Position numbers and translations under genes: made by a program. The notes under the pieces are model-generated. The model made no database searches. It had not been told where the DNA came from and was given only the letters and a program-made list of their open reading frames with translations. A stretch of DNA of 22,231 nucleotides from Octopus sinensis (Eukaryota), in the NCBI RefSeq assembly GCF_006345805.1, contig NW_021823669.1, positions 1 to 22,231 of the forward strand, given 5' to 3'. Of this stretch, positions 20,393 through 22,231 are shown one piece after another. Each line of letters begins with the position of its first letter. Position 1 is the first letter of the stretch.

Positions 20393-20765
20393 GTGTGGCT
20401 GTGTAGTAAGGTGCTTAAATCCCGACCATATGGTTCTGGTTTCAGTCCCACTGCATGCCACCTTGGGTTTGGTAACTTACATTTCGCTTTTTCTCTCTCT
20501 GTCTCCCCACTCTTGTTCTGTCTCTCTATCTCTCTCTCCCCCACCGCATCTCTCTTCTCCTTATCACATCTCTCTTCTCCTTATCACATCTCTCTCATAC
20601 CACATCCATCTCTTCTCCTTATCACATCTCTCTCTCTCTCCCTCCCTTACCGCATCCACCTCTCCCCCCACTGCATCTGACTGTCCCATCGGTCTCTGTC
20701 TCTCCTTTGTTACAGCTTCAGGCCGATCAAAGCCTTCTGGGTGATGGAAACTGAAAGAAGCTCAT
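20393..20765 (+). mobile_element. SINE family B interrupted by a ~245-bp insert (20468..~20710)
   Basis: Head gtggctgtgtagtaag...ccaccttggg; resumes acagcttcaggccgatcaaagcc...gaaactgaaagaagc. Confidence 0.75.
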
Positions 20766-20840
20766 TGCATGAGTGTGTGTGCATGTGTGTGTGAGTGTGC
20801 GTATGCATGTGAGGGTGTGTTGGTGGGTGTGAGTGTATGC

Positions 20841-20882
<42 letters not shown>

Positions 20883-20964
20883 GTTAGTGTTTCCTTGTTT
20901 TGACATTGTGTGATAGTTGTAAAAATTGTGTCACTCTCGTTCAAACTGTCTTTTGTTTCTAATC

Positions 20965-21045
20965 TTCCGCACTAGGCTCCAATCTGGTCTGGCAAGGTTT
21001 CTGCAGCTGGATGCCCTTCCTGACGCCAACCACTCCGAGAGTGTA
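20965..21045 (-). mobile_element. SINE family A fragment
   Basis: ctggatgcccttcctgacgccaaccactccgagagtgta. Confidence 0.7.
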
Positions 21046-21078
21046 TCTTCTATCTTTTACTTGTTTCAGTCATTAGGC

Positions 21079-21296
21079 CAGTGCTTTTCAACCTTTTTGC
21101 TGGAGCAAAACCCCAAGGAAACATTCCACTGGCTCGGGGAACCCTGTGCAATAATTTGATAGTCCTATGCATACATATCTGCACAGAAGAATTAAAAATT
21201 ACTGCCGATTTTAGCAGTTTTGTAACTTCTTGTGGAACCCCTGGACTGTACTGGCAGAACTCTAAGGTTCCGCGGAACCCTGGTTGAAAATCACTG
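21079..21296. mobile_element. hAT (Charlie/Buster-type) MITE
   Basis: TIR cagtgcttttcaacc / ggttgaaaatcactg (14/15); perfect 8-bp TSD cattaggc with central TA. Confidence 0.92.
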
Positions 21297-21389
21297 CATT
21301 AGGCTGTGGCTATGCTGGGGTACCACTTTGAAGGGTTTTAGTTGGACAAATAAGTTGGACTTATTTTTTAAAGTCTGGTACTTATTAAT

Positions 21390-21610
21390 GTTGGTCTCTT
21401 TTGCTGAACTGCTCAGTTATGGGGATGTAAACGCACCAACACCAGTTAAGTGGTGAGCAGTGGAGACCGACTAACACACACACACAAACACACATATGGC
21501 TTCTTTCAGTTTCTGTCTACCAGATCCACTCACAAGATATTGGTTGGCCTGGGGGCTATAGTAAAAGACACTTGTCCAAGGTGCCATGCAGTGGGACTGA
21601 ACCTGGAACT
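21390..21610 (-). mobile_element. SINE family B
   Basis: ggcttctttcagtttctgtctacc...gtgggactgaacc, the reverse complement of the family B head and body. Confidence 0.75.
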
Positions 21611-21625
21611 ATTACTTATTTTTGC

Positions 21626-21927
21626 TGGCACGTAAAAAGTACCATTCGATTGTGGCCGTTGCCAGCCTCGTCTGGCACCTGTGCTGGTGGCACGTAAAAA
21701 GCGCCATCCAATCGTGGCTGTTTGCCAGCCTCGTCTGGCACCTGTGCAGGTGACACATAAAAAGCACTCACTACACTCATGGAGTGGTTGGCATTAGGAA
21801 GGGCATCCAGCTGTAGAAACACTGCCAGATCAGACTGGGCCTGGCGCAGCCTTCTGGCTTCCCAGACCCCAGTTGAACCGTCCAACCCATGCTAGCATGG
21901 AAGGCGGACGCTAAATGATGATGATGA
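21626..21927 (+). mobile_element. SINE family A with 3 tandem 5' subrepeats
   Basis: Three gcacgtaaaaag-like units, the body, and a (GAT)n tail. Confidence 0.82.
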
Positions 21928-21991
21928 ATGATCTGCATGCTAAAAGGGTTAATGATTATTTGTGTAACTCTCTCTTTCTCTCTCTCCCCAG

Positions 21992-22231
21992 GTACACCAA
22001 AAGTAGACTTTGATGCAACCAACAAAACAAGCCAGCCTGGTCTGAAGACCCCTGCTACCATGACAACCTCAGCAGTGACATCATCAACAAGCAGCACCCA
22101 GAAACCGTTTTGGAACTTCTCGTTCCCTGACGCATGCAAGACAACACCCTTATTCCTCAGCAAAGTAGACAAGACCCCGCCAGGTGGAGATGCTACCCCG
22201 ACTACTAAGACGCTATTCGGCTCAACAACTC
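21992..22231 (+). CDS. RANBP2: RanBP2 exon J, running off the window (CTPKVDFDATNK...KPFWNFSF...TKTLFGSTT)
   Basis: CT-tract + CCCAG acceptor; phase 1 in; open to the window end; FxF/LFG motifs and Thr/Ser richness. Confidence 0.82.

Overview
Eukaryotic, AT- and repeat-rich genomic DNA, most likely from an Octopus/coleoid cephalopod (inferred from the recurring SINE families). The window holds ten consecutive + strand coding exons of a RanBP2/Nup358 orthologue (5154..>22231). All introns are GT-AG and phase-compatible. The exons run from the end of the N-terminal alpha-helical domain through a coiled-coil segment and an unusually long low-complexity exon to the first FG motifs. The introns are a mosaic of SINEs, MITEs with clear TIR/TSD pairs, an RTE LINE remnant, a mariner-type transposase remnant, and micro/minisatellites. 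Top observation: a 349-bp-period, hairpin-rich, greater-than-unit-length element (10988..11466) carries a sense-strand type I hammerhead ribozyme motif with a palindromic stem III, consistent with a retrozyme or Penelope-derived element. A second, degenerate hammerhead-like motif lies antisense at 19792..19829. Several short intronic segments also appear to have been copied locally into other repeats of the same gene (templated insertions). Most ORFs in the provided track are microsatellite or SINE artefacts.
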